From Octopus sinensis (Eukaryota): DNA of 64,000 bases. Positions 63,345 through 64,000 of the stretch are shown here, in pieces. Position numbers and translations under genes: made by a program. The DNA lies in the NCBI RefSeq assembly GCF_006345805.1, contig NC_042999.1:158348001-158412000 (forward strand). The letters are read 5' to 3'. Each line of letters opens with the position of its first letter. Positions within the stretch are counted from its first letter, which is position 1. The notes beneath the pieces are model-generated. The model was not told the DNA's origin. It was given only the letters and a program-made list of their open reading frames with translations, and ran no database searches.

Positions 63345-63584
63345 TTACTGTGTGGTACGAAGCTTGGTTCCCAACCACATGGTTCTAGGTTCAATCCCAC
63401 TGCGTGGCATCTTGAGCTAGTGTCTTCTACTTATAGCCGCAACCCAACCAAACCCTTGTAAGTGTATTTGGTAGACAGAAACTGAAAGAAGTTCGTCGTA
63501 TAATATATATATATATAGATATATAGATATATATTATATATACATATATATATATACATATATATATACATACATATATTTATA

Positions 63585-63660
<76 letters not shown>

Positions 63661-63885
63661 CATACATATATATATATATATTATATATATATATACATAC
63701 ATACATATATATTATATGTATATATATATGAGTGTGTATGTGTGAGTGCTTGTGTGTCTTTGTGTCTGTTTGTCTCCACCACCGCTTGACAACTGATGTC
63801 CGTGTGTTTACATCCACGTAACTTGGTGGTTTAGCAAAAACACCAAGCTTAAAAACTACTGGGGTCGATTCATTCGACTAAAAAA
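63345..63885 (+). mobile_element. SINE family A with expanded internal (TA)n
   Basis: ctgtgtggtacgaagcttggttcccaaccacatggttctaggttcaatcccactgcgtggc...ggggtcgattcattcgactaaa. Confidence 0.82.
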
Positions 63886-64000
63886 TTCTTCTAGTATACT
63901 TTCCAAAGTCCCTATCCGACTGTCGGTTACACTCACGCGCACACACACAAACACACACACACATTTATTCAACACAGCTATATATATATATATATATGTG

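Noticed and set aside
1-64000. CRISPR arrays, rRNA genes or prokaryotic operons
   Set aside because: No regularly spaced repeat-spacer arrays or rRNA-like sequence seen; the window is eukaryotic and intron/TE-rich.

Overview
AT-rich eukaryotic genomic DNA, very probably octopus/cephalopod. That is my inference from the tRNA-derived SINE families and the dense TA/AAT/TACA microsatellites; it was not checked against a database. One intron-containing protein-coding gene can be assembled on the + strand from six phase-compatible GT-AG exons (24199-49880). It encodes a zinc gluzincin (HEFAH ... Y-x6-E) with the anthrax-lethal-factor / Pro-Pro-endopeptidase (M34-like) active-site layout. The rest of the window is a transposon graveyard. 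It holds a decayed autonomous Helitron (about 53.0-59.3 kb, minus strand) with nested insertions, three non-autonomous Helitrons, three mariner relics, and fragments of Harbinger, R4/Dong, RTE, Tx1/L1-like, CR1-like and Penelope elements. It also holds two MITEs and more than 20 SINE copies. The most notable non-coding signals are (i) a 5'-truncated U2 snRNA fused to a LINE/SINE-type 3' tail and (ii) three unrelated foldback repeats (47.3, 59.6-60.4 and 61.7-62.4 kb) whose arms each carry a type I hammerhead-ribozyme fold; two of the three have a CCGAUGA core variant. Most ORFs in the supplied track are microsatellite or SINE artefacts. SINE and relic boundaries are approximate (about +/-15 nt). 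Exon, TIR, TSD and ribozyme coordinates were counted by hand.
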